From Laetmonice hystrix (taxonomy: Eukaryota): a DNA stretch of 64,000 nucleotides. The stretch is taken from contig OZ249448.1 of the NCBI GenBank assembly GCA_965235115.1, positions 14,694,001-14,758,000 of the forward strand, written 5' to 3'. The notes under the pieces were generated by a model that worked only from the letters and a program-made list of their open reading frames with translations, was not told the origin of the DNA and did no database searches. The position numbers and the translations under genes were made by a program. Below are positions 40,801 to 49,810 of the stretch, piece after piece. The stretch's first letter is position 1. Each line of letters opens with the position of its first letter.

Positions 40801-43800
40801 CTATAAGAGAGCGGGGTTTTGTCCGTGGCAGAGGAGAGATATTCCTTCTATATTTTTGTAGACCTAAATCTGGAATCAACCAGTCAAACTAGGCCTAATG
40901 CTCCATTCGCCTTGACTGATTGGAGGATGTTACTTAGTTACCTCCATTTTCCCCCGATATAGCCTAACACAAGCCTGTAAAAATGTCATGTAGGCCTATA
41001 GGCCTATACCCTGGGAACGACGACAATCATATAGCTCAGGGTAGTTCGAATATAATGAGAGGAATCCATCATTTTCACCGCTCTCCTCACGATGGCAGGT
41101 GTGCAGATTGGGTACGCTTACAAAAGTGTGGACCATGGCCTTAACTCGCGATAATGGCATCTATAGCCTAGGCCTACAACACTTGAAAACGTAGCTCCTT
41201 GCCGACCGCACACATGACTATGTCGTCTTTGTCAAAGAAAATCCCCAGCTGCCTGTACTTCAGGGTGAGATCTATAGTCGCCTTCGTCCGTAGACACGTG
41301 GTTTAGCATAATACGTCTCCGGCCGGCCGACACAAGCCGTTCGAGAACTATAGGTAGGCTACAATGATGTCAGACTATGAGGATTAATATAATTTGCGTC
41401 CGCATTGTTAGGAACAGCGGTGTCAAAATATGAGAAGTAAGTATGTCTCTAAGGCGGTGTTTTTTCTAGAGAGGGCTGTCTCTCAGGGTTCCATTTAGGC
41501 CTATTGTAATACAAAAACCTATTAACTGGCATTATCGTGGAAATATTGCTTAGTGACAGTATTCCCTCTCATACAACGCAGTGGTCAGAGCGCGGGATCT
41601 TTGATCCAAAGGTTCTAGGTCAGAAGGTCAGCCAGTTATGCGAACCGCAAGTTGTCCCTTCACCTGTGTGCTGTAAGACTGGAGTGGTTGGTCTTCATTC
41701 CCAGGTGTGTTGTAAGACTGGAGTGGTTGGTCTTCATCCCCAGGCCCTGGTTTTTAGTTTGCAAACCGAGTCTTAAGATTCAAATCTTAAGATTGAACTA
41801 TTGTTTCAGAGCTTCTGATTGGTCCTTCAAATGAAGTCAGCCAATGAGGAACCATAACACAATTCAGTCTAACATTTCCAGTCTTAAGTAAAATGACGAA
41901 CTAAAAACCGGGGACTGGTGTGTTGTAAGACTGGAGTGGCTGGTCTTCCTCCCCGGGGGTGATATCAGACTGGAGTGGTGGTCTACATCCCCAGGTGTGA
42001 TGTCAGACTGGAGTGGTGGTCTCCTTCCCCCAGGTCGGTGTGATGTCAGACTGGAGTGGTGGTCTCCACCCCCCAGGTGTGATATCAGACTGGAGTGGTG
42101 GTCTCCATCCCCCAGGTGTGATATCAGACTGGGGTGGTGGTCTCCATCCCCCAGGTCGGTGTGAGGTCAGACTGGAGTGTTGGTCTCCATCCCCCAGGTG
42201 TGATATCAGACTGGAGTGGTGGTCTTCATCCCCCAGGTGTGAATCAGACTGGAGTGGCGGTCTCCATCCCCCAGGTGTGAATCAGACTGGAGTGGTGGTC
42301 TCCATCCCCCAGGTCAGTGTGAATCAGACTGGGGTGGTGGTCTCCATCCCCCAGGTGTGATGTCAGACTGGAGTGGTGGTCTCCATCCCCCAGGTGTGAA
42401 TCAGACTGGAGTGGTGGTCTCCATCCCCCAGGTGTGAATCAGACTGGAGTGGTGGTCTCCATCCCCCAGGTCAGTGTGAATCAGACTGGGGTGGTGGTCT
42501 CCATCCCCCAGGTGTGATGTCAGACTGGAGTGGCGGTCTCCATCCCCCAGGTGTGATATCAGACTGGAGTGGTGGTCTCCATCCCCCAGGTGTGAATCAG
42601 ACTGGAGTGGCGGTCTCCATCCCCCAGGTGTGATATCAGACTGGAGTGGCGGTCTCCATCCCCCAGGTCAGTGTGAATCAGACTGGGGTGGTGGTCTCCA
42701 TCCCCCAGGTGTAAATCAGACTGGAGTGGTGGTCTCCATCCCCCAGGTGTGATGTCAGACTGGAGTGGTGGTCTCCATCCCCCAGGTCAGTGTGAATCAG
42801 ACTGGAGTGGTGGTCTCCATCCCCCAGGTGTGATGTCAGACTGGAGTGGTGGTCTCCATCCCCCAGGTCAGTGTGAATCAGACTGGAGTGGTGGTCTCCA
42901 TCCCCCAGGTCAGTGTGAATCAGACTGGAGTGGTGGTCTCCATCCCCCAGGTCAGTGTGAATCAGACTGGGGTGGTGGTCTCCATCCCCCAGCTGTGAAT
43001 CAGACTGGAGTGGCGGTCTCCATCCCCCAGGTGTGATGTCAGACTGGAGTGGTGGTCTCCTTCCCCCGGGAGTGATGTCAGACTGCAGTGGGAGGGCCCG
43101 GGGTGGCGCAGTCCCCCTATGAAATATGGACCCCTTCGAGTTTTTTTCATTTAATGGACAATGATCAACCAAACACGGGAAAGCATTATTGGGGTTGAGA
43201 TGACAATAAGCGAGGCGTTGATTGCGACACGTGCCTCATGTTTGTTCAGCAGCTACCGCCATTGTCATGTCATTTACATACAAGTCATTGTATATAAAAT
43301 AGAGGTAAAACGGAGGGGGGGTCCATACTCTATGGGTGGATTCCATATTTCACTATAAACCGGGGTCCATATATTATGGGGGTCCATTTTGCATCTCACA
43401 TCGGCCGCGTCACGATACGTCTATGTGAAGGGACACGTTAAAGATCTATTGGCATCTATCGAAAAGAGTAGGGGGTCGCCCCAGTGCGCGGGTTTCTTCC
43501 TATCATTATCACCCAATGCATTTCACCGACTGAGTTAGTTACCTTGTTCTCGCCCTGATATAGCTGAAATACTGCTGACTGGGCGTTAAACATCAACTAC
43601 TCATTCACTGTGACACTCATTCACTTTATGGTGGCCGAGTGGGCATGTGTATTGATACCTTATGCTATAATATGCGAATGGCTGCAGTCATCTTGGGGCC
43701 GGGGTTCAATTCCAGTAGAGGACTATACAACTTTTCTCTTCACATTCTGAAAGTAACTGGGTTTAATTACGCCTGACGCCCGTGCATCTAAAATCAATTA

Positions 43801-45515
43801 CTCACTCACTCCTAATAACTGCAGAATCTCTGTCTGGTAATCTATACTATAAATATGACACTGTTTATATCGCCCACTTGACCCCATGCTGGCGGAGAGG
43901 AAGTATGACTTTATTCCTAACCTAGACAACCTAATTGTCATGGTAACTATAAGGCCTGGCGTTACCTACTTATTACTCATGCAGGTATACCAATCTCCAT
44001 GCATGAATTCCTATTGAGGTCTCCCGGTTTTGTTACAAGCCAAAGGCCGGCCGATCAATGAGTCCCTCTCCAGAGACCTTATTTGTATAGCTTTAAAGGG
44101 GCAATGACTTTACGTTTTTCCTATATGATAGCGTAAAAAGGGCCGAAATAACTATTACTATAGCTGTTGGAAGTTATGTCATTTCTCGGCCAAGACAACG
44201 GTTTTCTCCCATTTTTTTTATGTTTTGCATTTATCTATGGAATGCATGCCTCAAAAGATTCAAAAGCCGTTCGAAAGTGTGATTCTTCCAATTGTGACCC
44301 TTTAATAATCCTTTTTATAATGATATACGTTGATATAACTATTTGGCCTGATAAGGGCTGAAGCGTGAGGGGGGACCTTTGCTTCTTCTAATTATTCATT
44401 CTAACCTTTTTCTAAGATTTGCCTGGAATGTTAAAACAAAACGTATGGGCCATCATGTGTCAGCGTATGGACAAGCCTCGGGTTCGTTGAAGGATATTCT
44501 CGATGGTCACTTAATTTGTACACAATAATATTATCACTGATTACACATACATAACTGATAGACCTGTCATGCATGACATGCCACATAGGCTTAACAAAAC
44601 ACTGCGTCTGTGTCCTGATCAGTTCATACCGTGCATGTTATATGCCATGGAGTTCAGTTAGCCTTTGGATATAAAATGTTGTTGACGTGGAGAAGGTACT
44701 ACATATCTAGGCCCCATGAGCAGTTTGTGATTGATCGGGATGGCCTGTCCTTGACTCAGTGACTGCACATTGGGTTCTCCTTTCAGCCTATTTTAGGTGG
44801 TCTATATTGTGTAACCTATAGCTACAAACTACATTAGGATGTATACTCCGAGAGGCAGGCCTGCACAGAGTTGGCCTAGACTGTTCCAGAACATGGGATT
44901 AAATTTACTGTATTTTAAGCTCTATGTACTGGCCTACGGCAAATAAGACATTGGATTAAACCTTACTGTATGTTACCACGTATAGGCCTACGGTAAATAA
45001 GACATTGGATTAAATCTTACTGTATGTTACCTATAGCTCTACGTATAGGCCTATGGTAAATAAGACATTAGATTAAATCTTACTGTATGTTACCTATAGC
45101 TCTACGTATAGGCCTACGGTAAATAAGACATTAGATTAAATCTTACTGTATGTTACCTATAGCTCTACGTATAGGCCTATGGTAAATAAGACATTAGATT
45201 AAATCTTACTGTATGTTACCTATCGCTCTACGTATAGGCCTATGGTAAATAAGACATATGATTAAATCTTACTGTATGTTACCTAAGCTCCTAAGCCTAA
45301 GCCTAAGCGTATAGGCCTACGGTAAATAAGACATTGGATTAAATCTTACTGTATGTAGGCTATAGCTCTACGTATAGGCCTATGGTAAATAAGACGTCTA
45401 CTCTATTAAGCTACGATACTGATAAGACGCGTCCACCCTCGATTACTCACATATCTTTGGCGGGAAGGTTCTTGGCCTCGCCAATCCTCAGGAACAGAGA
45501 CGTGTTCCGTGCCAT
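13152..45515 (-). CDS. RASAL1: GAP1-family Ca2+-regulated RasGAP, RASAL1/RASA4(CAPRI)-like; 20 coding exons, 2601 nt, 866 aa (whole gene span)
   Basis: Hand-spliced exons all have GT-AG ends with consistent phases. C2A (SDPY, YDQDIVSGDD), C2B ([14 protein letters not shown]), RasGAP ([30 protein letters not shown]), PH and BTK motif (YHP..RWTCC..GCSQTH). Symbol is the closest vertebrate paralogue; likely co-orthologous to RASAL1 and RASA4. Confidence 0.93.
14215..14335 (-). CDS. RASAL1: RasGAP exon 19 ([29 protein letters not shown]...)
   Basis: 121 nt; the [14 protein letters not shown] motif is typical of RASAL1/RASA4. Confidence 0.93.
14623..14758 (-). CDS. RASAL1: RasGAP exon 18 ([14 protein letters not shown]...[14 protein letters not shown])
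   Basis: 136 nt; PH end plus BTK motif. Confidence 0.92.
14782..15483. repeat. Minisatellite of 44/31-bp units (CATATCGTCAGGTTAGTGGTATATGTACAAA[CATAGGATTCTAA]) in RasGAP intron 17
   Basis: Direct tandem reading. Confidence 0.92.
15575..15712 (-). CDS. RASAL1: RasGAP exon 17 ([21 protein letters not shown]...LYFQAK)
   Basis: 138 nt; AAG|GTAAGG donor; this frame is absent from the ORF track. Confidence 0.92.
15916..16094 (-). CDS. RASAL1: RasGAP exon 16, PH domain start (KQGYLWKRR...FQKRYFWL)
   Basis: 179 nt. Confidence 0.93.
16336..16474 (-). CDS. RASAL1: RasGAP exon 15 (TVQNMGNL...KEQWMEPL...[10 protein letters not shown])
   Basis: 139 nt; CAG|GTAAGA donor. Confidence 0.93.
16519..16955. 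repeat. 39-bp minisatellite, about 11 near-identical copies, in RasGAP intron 14
   Basis: Unit ATCATCGCCATGCTAACATGTCCACCTCCAAATCTTCCA; explains the 13-aa-repeat ORFs. Confidence 0.95.
17115..17252 (-). CDS. RASAL1: RasGAP exon 14 ([26 protein letters not shown]...TLLAK)
   Basis: 138 nt; FLR signature. Confidence 0.95.
17733..17931 (-). CDS. RASAL1: RasGAP exon 13 (SRRPSLKT...[26 protein letters not shown])
   Basis: 199 nt; phases consistent. Confidence 0.92.
18358..18467 (-). CDS. RASAL1: RasGAP exon 12 ([15 protein letters not shown]...[11 protein letters not shown])
   Basis: 110 nt; CAG|GTGAGC donor. Confidence 0.93.
18923..18987 (-). CDS. RASAL1: RasGAP exon 11 with arginine finger ([21 protein letters not shown])
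   Basis: 65 nt; not in the ORF track, found by motif search; AAG|GTAAAA donor. Confidence 0.95.
19640..19735 (-). mobile_element. Degenerate SINE core fragment
   Basis: Minus strand TTTCCCCCGGTATTCCCGTGTTCTCCACCAATCAAGTTGACCTCGTCGATATGACC resembles the SINE copy at 32731. Confidence 0.5.
19915..20071 (-). CDS. RASAL1: RasGAP exon 10 ([12 protein letters not shown]...VKLYLGQ...EEIANT)
   Basis: 157 nt; CAG|GTATGT donor. Confidence 0.9.
20407..20533 (-). CDS. RASAL1: RasGAP exon 9 ([30 protein letters not shown]...)
   Basis: 127 nt; AAG|GTGAGC donor. Confidence 0.92.
21278..21363 (-). CDS. RASAL1: RasGAP exon 8 ([28 protein letters not shown])
   Basis: 86 nt; the donor TG|GTAGGA is the one that preserves phase into exon 9. 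Confidence 0.85.
21683..21829 (-). CDS. RASAL1: RasGAP exon 7 ([14 protein letters not shown]...[14 protein letters not shown])
   Basis: 147 nt, phase 0-0. Confidence 0.92.
21843..22052. repeat. 73-bp tandem repeat, about 2.8 copies, abutting the exon 7 acceptor
   Basis: CAGTACAACGCC recurs at 21843, 21916 and 21989. Confidence 0.9.
22215..22582. repeat. 16-bp minisatellite (ATGGGGCAGGCCTAAC), about 23 copies
   Basis: Direct tandem reading. Confidence 0.95.
22684..22765 (-). CDS. RASAL1: RasGAP exon 6 ([27 protein letters not shown])
   Basis: 82 nt; GTAAGT donor. Confidence 0.92.
23010..23139 (-). CDS. RASAL1: RasGAP exon 5 ([21 protein letters not shown]...VVEAR)
   Basis: 130 nt; end of C2A and start of C2B. 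Confidence 0.9.
24729..24790 (-). CDS. RASAL1: RasGAP exon 4 ([20 protein letters not shown])
   Basis: 62 nt; AGG|GTAAGT donor. Confidence 0.9.
25766..25856. promoter_or_regulatory. Two composite ETS-CRE elements in RasGAP intron 3
   Basis: Perfect 18-bp palindrome GGAAATGACGTCATTTCC (25766-25783) and TGACGTCATATCCGG (25842-25856). Confidence 0.45.
25931..26044 (-). CDS. RASAL1: RasGAP exon 3 ([16 protein letters not shown]...YDQDIV)
   Basis: 114 nt; CAG|GTAAGA donor. Confidence 0.93.
26566..28112 (+). mobile_element. Non-autonomous Helentron/HINE (DINE-1/Pearl-like) element with about 460-bp internal tandem units
   Basis: 5' AACAAG...TATAGCCCCC. CCAAGATGGCC recurs at about 26937, 27392 and 27856. 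(GACG)n microsatellite at about 27995-28075; 3' hairpin AGCCCCC-loop-GGGGGCT followed by an A-run. Confidence 0.75.
28385..29372. repeat. 44-bp hairpin-containing minisatellite, about 21 copies, with higher-order blocks
   Basis: Unit CTAACAACGGTAGGACAGTGTTTGTCC(T/G)ACCGATGA(T/C)GTCTTCA; linker AAATCTCTTGAACTTGCGATGTTG at about 28385, 28820 and 29298. Confidence 0.95.
31184..31418. mobile_element. MITE with CCGGTGT...ACACCGG ends and internal CCTAACCCTAA
   Basis: 28-bp TIR with 3 mismatches (CCGGTGTAACAATTTCAGATTACCCCCC / GGGGGGTAATTTGAAATTGGGACACCGG). Confidence 0.8.
32725..32853 (+). mobile_element. 3' part of a SINE (V/Meta-domain-like core)
   Basis: GGTTTCCTCCGGGTACTCCGGTTTCCTCCACCA core, GGCGTAAAAC, and (CCCA)n tail. 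Confidence 0.65.
33820..35732. repeat. 56-bp (59-bp variant) minisatellite, about 34 copies, in RasGAP intron 2
   Basis: Unit CAGGCTGTGTCTGTGTGTCACATGATGGTGTGACCTGGCGGTAACAAGTGATGGGC. Confidence 0.95.
35794..35955. mobile_element. CAG-ended MITE
   Basis: 15-bp TIR CAGTGGCGTATCTAG / CTGGATACGCCGCTG; flanks TGAAG / TGACG. Confidence 0.75.
36822..36907 (-). CDS. Candidate alternative first coding exon of the RasGAP ([29 protein letters not shown])
   Basis: CTG|GTAAGT donor; phase 2, in frame with exon 3; CCAAT boxes at about 37004 and 37049. Confidence 0.4.
37749..38350 (+). repeat. About 40-bp minisatellite (GACCAACCACTCCAGTCTGACAACACACGTGGGGAAGGGA), about 15 copies, orientation A
   Basis: Direct tandem reading; same family as 41915-43086 but inverted. 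Confidence 0.93.
38511..38750. mobile_element. CAG-ended MITE
   Basis: Degenerate TIR CAGGGGGATCCAG / CTGGATCTGCGCGCCTG; exact 5-bp flanking duplication TGCGG. Confidence 0.65.
39790..39846 (-). CDS. RASAL1: RasGAP exon 2 ([19 protein letters not shown])
   Basis: TTTTTCAG| acceptor, CAG|GTATGT donor; 57 nt, phase 2-2. Confidence 0.93.
41915..43086 (-). repeat. About 37-43-bp minisatellite (CAGACTGGAGTGGTGGTCTCCATCCCCCAGGTGTGATGT), about 30 copies, orientation B; outlying copies at 41660-41745
   Basis: Direct tandem reading; the reverse complement matches the 37749-38350 unit. Confidence 0.93.
43420..43612 (+). mobile_element. SINE body with Deu/Nin-like domain
   Basis: GGACACGTTAAAGATC...CGAAAAGAGTAGGGG, then GATATAGCTGAAATACTGCTG...GGCGTTAAAC and a (TCAT/TCAC) tail. 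Confidence 0.6.
43630..43811 (+). mobile_element. tRNA-derived SINE
   Basis: A box GTGGCCGAGTGG (43631-43642), B box GGTTCAATTCC (43703-43713), (ACTC)n tail; no cloverleaf. Confidence 0.6.
44900..45392. repeat. 63-bp minisatellite, about 7.5 copies, beginning about 60 nt into RasGAP intron 1
   Basis: GACATT recurs at 45001, 45064, 45127 and onward. Confidence 0.92.
45451..45515 (-). CDS. RASAL1: RasGAP coding exon 1 ([21 protein letters not shown])
   Basis: ATG context TCAACATGG; donor AT|GTGAGT; 65 nt; first C2A strand. Confidence 0.92.
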
Positions 45516-46824
45516 GTTGACTGAGGCCGCAGCACTCGGTGCCCTGCCGCCCGCCGCCGCCTCTCCTGGCCGGCTATCGGGGCCGCATGCCACCTATCCG
45601 GAGCAGGACACACTGCCGCGGATCACGAGTCTCGTAGTCTATCTTCATCTATGTGAAGTCCGTACACCGTTGTTGATTAAACACGAGGTAGACGGATGGT
45701 AGATGTCACCAAATGCTGTGCCGACTCTGGCAGCCGTAAGCCAAGTCCACTGCTCGAGCAGCACGCCAATCTGCATGCAGACCTCAGGATCACGGCTCGC
45801 ACAGTTCGATCCTAGCTCCTCCTCCAGGAACTTCTCTCTTGATGATCTATAGACGTAATCCTCATAGAGGAGGTTTAATCTCCGCCAGATAAAGACTGTC
45901 TGCTTTTTTCATCTCCAGGCAGATTGAGAAGGTTGACTTATTAAATCAAATGGATGTTCCGGCTGGATAGCAACGCCAGTGCGAATGCTGCCGAGTGCGT
46001 GCATCGTTGTCACTGACCAGCGAGTTGGACGCGGCGCTTCTTCGCGCCACCGCCGCCGAGCGTCGGATGCACGCCGGGCGCTCTCGGCGACAACCACCGG
46101 TCTACAGCAGGAGGTGTGCGTACGTACCCGCTGCCCGGAGATGATCATAGCAACTCCGGCGTCAGAGTGGTCCGGACACAGGGGCCACGGCCACCGGCGC
46201 CCCGTGTAGGGGCTGGCGGCCGCATCCATGACAGGTGTGCCCCTTCATGCCTCAGTTTCATCAGCAGTCCCCCTCGACTCTTGACAATCGGCAGACGACC
46301 GCTAGAGGTGTTTACCTGTAGCGTCGCCACATCGAGCCACAAGCCCGAGCATGTCCCATTGATCAATTTCTCGGCTCTGCATGCCGCTTGCATGACCCAC
46401 TTCGACGAGCAGAAGTTGTACAAGGCAGCACTGTTGTTGCAGGCCTTACGATCCTCCAGTGCTGATCTGGCCAAGTGCTAATGTAAGCCCTAACTATGGG
46501 TATAGAGTCTAGGCTACAGGAGTGTTATTCGGCCTAACTTTTTTTTTGGGGGGGGGGGGGGTGGAGGGCCTACATGATATGGTTCAAGGGGAGGGCCATT
46601 TTCGTCGCTCGGATATTATAACAGATCACCAGGCATGACAAGGCAATCAAGATGACTGATGAATAAAAATAATATCAATAGACCTTGATTTAACCCTCTA
46701 TTAACCACACACCCTTTTATTAGAGTGAAAATTATTTCCACTTGTTAAAATGTTGCTTTGGGTGCAATTAATCACTACAGCGACTTGGTTTCGAATTTGA
46801 CCTACTTGACCTTGCTACAGAAAA

Positions 46825-48082
46825 TGTAGCACGTGAGCTACACTGGTAAATAGCCAGTCGAACTGGGGCTCAGTCAGTCGGGGAGCAGTCAGTCTGGGGA
46901 GCAGCCAGTCAAGGGGGTGGGGGCAGTCGGGGTGCCTATCTGTGGGGGTGGGGTCAGTCTGGGGTGGGGGCTCGGAGGAGGTAAGTATGGGGGTCTGTCA
47001 GTCGGGGGCTTAGTCAGGGCGGGGGTGGGAGAAGGTCAGAAAATGTAGCACGTGAGCTACACTGGTAAATATACAGGAAATCAGACTGGGGCTCAGTCAG
47101 TCGGGGAGCAGTCAGTCGGGGGAGCAGTCAGTTGATAGGGGGTAGTTGGGGTGCATATCTGTAGGGGAGGGGCGGGGTTCAGTAGGGGGTGGGGGCTCAG
47201 AGGGGGTAAGTAGGGGGGTCAGTCAGACGGGGTCAGTCAGTTGGGGTCAGTCAGTCGGAGGTCAGTCAGTCAGTCGGGGGTGGGGGAATTCAGTTAGGCC
47301 GGGGGGGGGGGGGGGGCAGTCACAGGGGCTCAATCGGTGTGTGTGTGTGTGGGGGGGGGGGGTCAGTAGGGGTTGGGGCTGAATTAGTGGGGGTGACTCG
47401 GGGGGGGGGGGGTTAGTAGGGAGGGGTCAGTCGGGGGTCAGAGGTCAACCGGGGGAGCCCTGACTATGAGCCCCGACTTACCCCCGCCCCGACTCATCCC
47501 CTGACTGACCCCGCCCCCCGGATGACCCCCCCCCCCCAACACACACACCCCGACTGAGCCCCAGACTGACGAACCCTCCAGGTGTGTAAAAGGGTGTGGG
47601 GGTGTGGAGTTAGTCAGGGGTGGGGGTCAATGGGGTGAATCTTGGGATAGTCAGCCGGGGATCGGTCAGTCGGGTGTCGGTCAGTCAAGGGGGGGGGGGG
47701 TCTGTCAGGGGGTTGTGTTGGGGGCAGTCTGTCAGGGGAGGGGGTTATGTCAGGGGGGGCAGTCAGTCGGAGGGCAGTCAGTCTAGGGCTCAGTCGGGAT
47801 GGGTGTGTGTGTGTGGGGGGGCTCAGCCACGTTCGGGGGTCATTGGCCGTGACTCGTGGGGGGGGGGGGGGGATTTAAAAGGGGGGTCACTAGGGGGACG
47901 GTCAATCGGGGGAACCCTGACCGAGTCCCCGACTCGCCCCACACTCCCAACTTAACCCCTGACACCCCCCCACTAACCCCACACCCCCGAGTGACCCCTA
48001 CACACACACACCCAAATGACCCCCACACTGACTGACCCTAACTGATCCATGGGATATTTACCAGTGTAGCATGTGTGCTACA
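46825..48082. mobile_element. Foldback-like element with alternating G-rich and C-rich arms
   Basis: TGTAGCACGTGAGCTACACTGGTAAATA at 46825 and 47044, inverted copy at 48055-48082, fourth copy at 48421; GGGGTCAGTC versus GACTGACCCC blocks. Confidence 0.55.
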
Positions 48083-48747
48083 GAGAATTTGGCATGCTCC
48101 GCTTCAAAATTGATGGACCATTTTTTAAAAAGTATTGTATGCATACATAAACTAGAGATGGTCTAGGTATCAAATGACAACAAATTTCAGAAGTATTTAT
48201 AGTGTAGGGTACTGAGATTATCAAAGAACCCCCACCTTCAATCTACTCTGGTTTCCACCGGTAGAGGCGGCCATCTTGTCTACCGGCTCATAGGCAATCA
48301 ATTAAGGGTGCTGCCAATTAGTGTTTATTAAACGACCTAGTAGTAGTAGCTCATATACTACGTTGGTTAATAAAGGTAAACACGAAATAAATTGGCCACC
48401 AAATTAGCCCTATTAATCCATGTAGCACGTGAGCTACACTGGTTAATAGAGGGCTAAAATGAAGAAGCAGAAAGAAGAAGGCCAAAAACTTTTGCCAAAT
48501 GCTCTTTTGATCCTTCTTCGATTTTTCACGTTGGTTTACGGATAGGTCCTTTTAAAAAAGTGCTTGCATTCCCGGTACATGTTTGTAGCCTACACATGTA
48601 TGGCCTACGTCGGTCGGTGGGTAGGCCTAAACGGAAAGGTGGGCATTACGTGTCACGATGTGCAGAGTTTGTCTTTTGGAGCCGGGCGGTCAGCCTGAAC
48701 GAGCATGCACCAAATAGGGCCTAGTGTTATAGTCTATCATAGTTCAA

Positions 48748-49365
48748 AGTTATCAATAATCAGTCGTGGCGCCATCTATTGTTAATCAGCCCGTACCACT
48801 GGTAGTGTTCAAAGTTAGATCTATCACTAATTAGTCGTGGCGCCATCTATAATTGTTAACCAGCCCGTACCACTGGTAGTGTTCAAAGTTATCACTAATC
48901 AGTCGTGGCGCCATCTATTGTTAACCAGCCCGTACCACTGGTAGTGTTCAAAGTTAGATCTATCACTAATTAGTCGTGGCGCCATCTATTGTTAACCAGC
49001 CCGTACCACTGGTAGTGTTCAAAGTTAGATCTATCACTAATTAGTCGTGGCACCATCTATAATTGTTAACCAGCCCGTACCACTGGTAGTGTTCAAAGTT
49101 ATCAATAATCAGTCGTGGCGCCATCTATTGTTAATCAGCCCGTACCACTGGTAGTGTTCAAAGTTAGATCTATCACTAATAAGTCGTGGCACCATCTATA
49201 ATTGTTAACCAGCCCGTACCACAGTGGTATAGACAGTGTTCAAAGTTATCACTAATCAGTCGTGGCGCCATCTATTGTTAATCAGCCCGTACCACTGGTA
49301 GTGTTCAAAGTTATCACTAATTAGTCATGGCGCCATCTAGTGTTAACCAGCCTGTACCACTGGTG
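48748..49365. repeat. 65-70-bp minisatellite containing GTGGCGCCATCTA, about 9 copies; resumes at 49818-50068, remnant at 51112-51130
   Basis: Unit CAGTCGTGGCGCCATCTATTGTTAACCAGCCCGTACCACTGGTAGTGTTCAAAGTTATCACTAAT. Confidence 0.93.
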
Positions 49366-49371
49366 GAACTG

Positions 49372-49810
49372 GCTATAGGCTATGTAAAATCCGTGGATAT
49401 TAGGCCACAATATACACGGAAAATACGTGTATATTAGGACCCAATATCAACGAATCCAATTCGTGGACATCAAAGCCTTTACCCCAGTGATTCTCAACCC
49501 TTGAGGAGCTGTTACCCCCGTCTGACAGTGTAGGGCTTAGGGTTAGGGTTAAGATTATGGTTAGGGTTAGTGTAAAGTCTTAGTATTCACGAATTGGATG
49601 CGCAGTAGTGTAGGAAGGAAAAAAATATTGGGGGGGGGGGGGCAGAAGGGACGTCATAATGACTTAGGCCTATGCTTTTGCATTGAGCCATGCGGTCATT
49701 TTATAAATATTGGGGGGGGGGGCAGCAGCCCCCTCTGCCCCCAGCTTCCTACGCCCCTGAATTGCGTGGATATAAGGCTCTTATATCCACGTTTTACGTG
49801 TATTATAGCG
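49372..49810. mobile_element. MITE with (TTAGGG)-like core and a nested CAG-ended element (49603-49759)
   Basis: Imperfect IRs GTAAAATCCGTGGATAT / ATATCCACGTTTTAC; TTAGGGTTAGGGTTAAG...GGTTAGGGTTAG at about 49537-49571. Confidence 0.55.

Noticed and set aside
41575-41630. tRNA-like sequence (GCAGTGGTCAGAGCGCGGGATCTTTGATCC...)
   Set aside because: Degenerate B box and no acceptor stem; at best a SINE head remnant. The same applies to 43630-43713.
37665-43172. SDWSG / VCCQTGVV repeat ORFs
   Set aside because: Translation of the about 40-bp minisatellite arrays.
45655-46481. Overlapping GC-rich ORFs upstream of RasGAP exon 1
   Set aside because: No domain similarity and ORFs on both strands; consistent with a CpG-rich promoter or 5'UTR.
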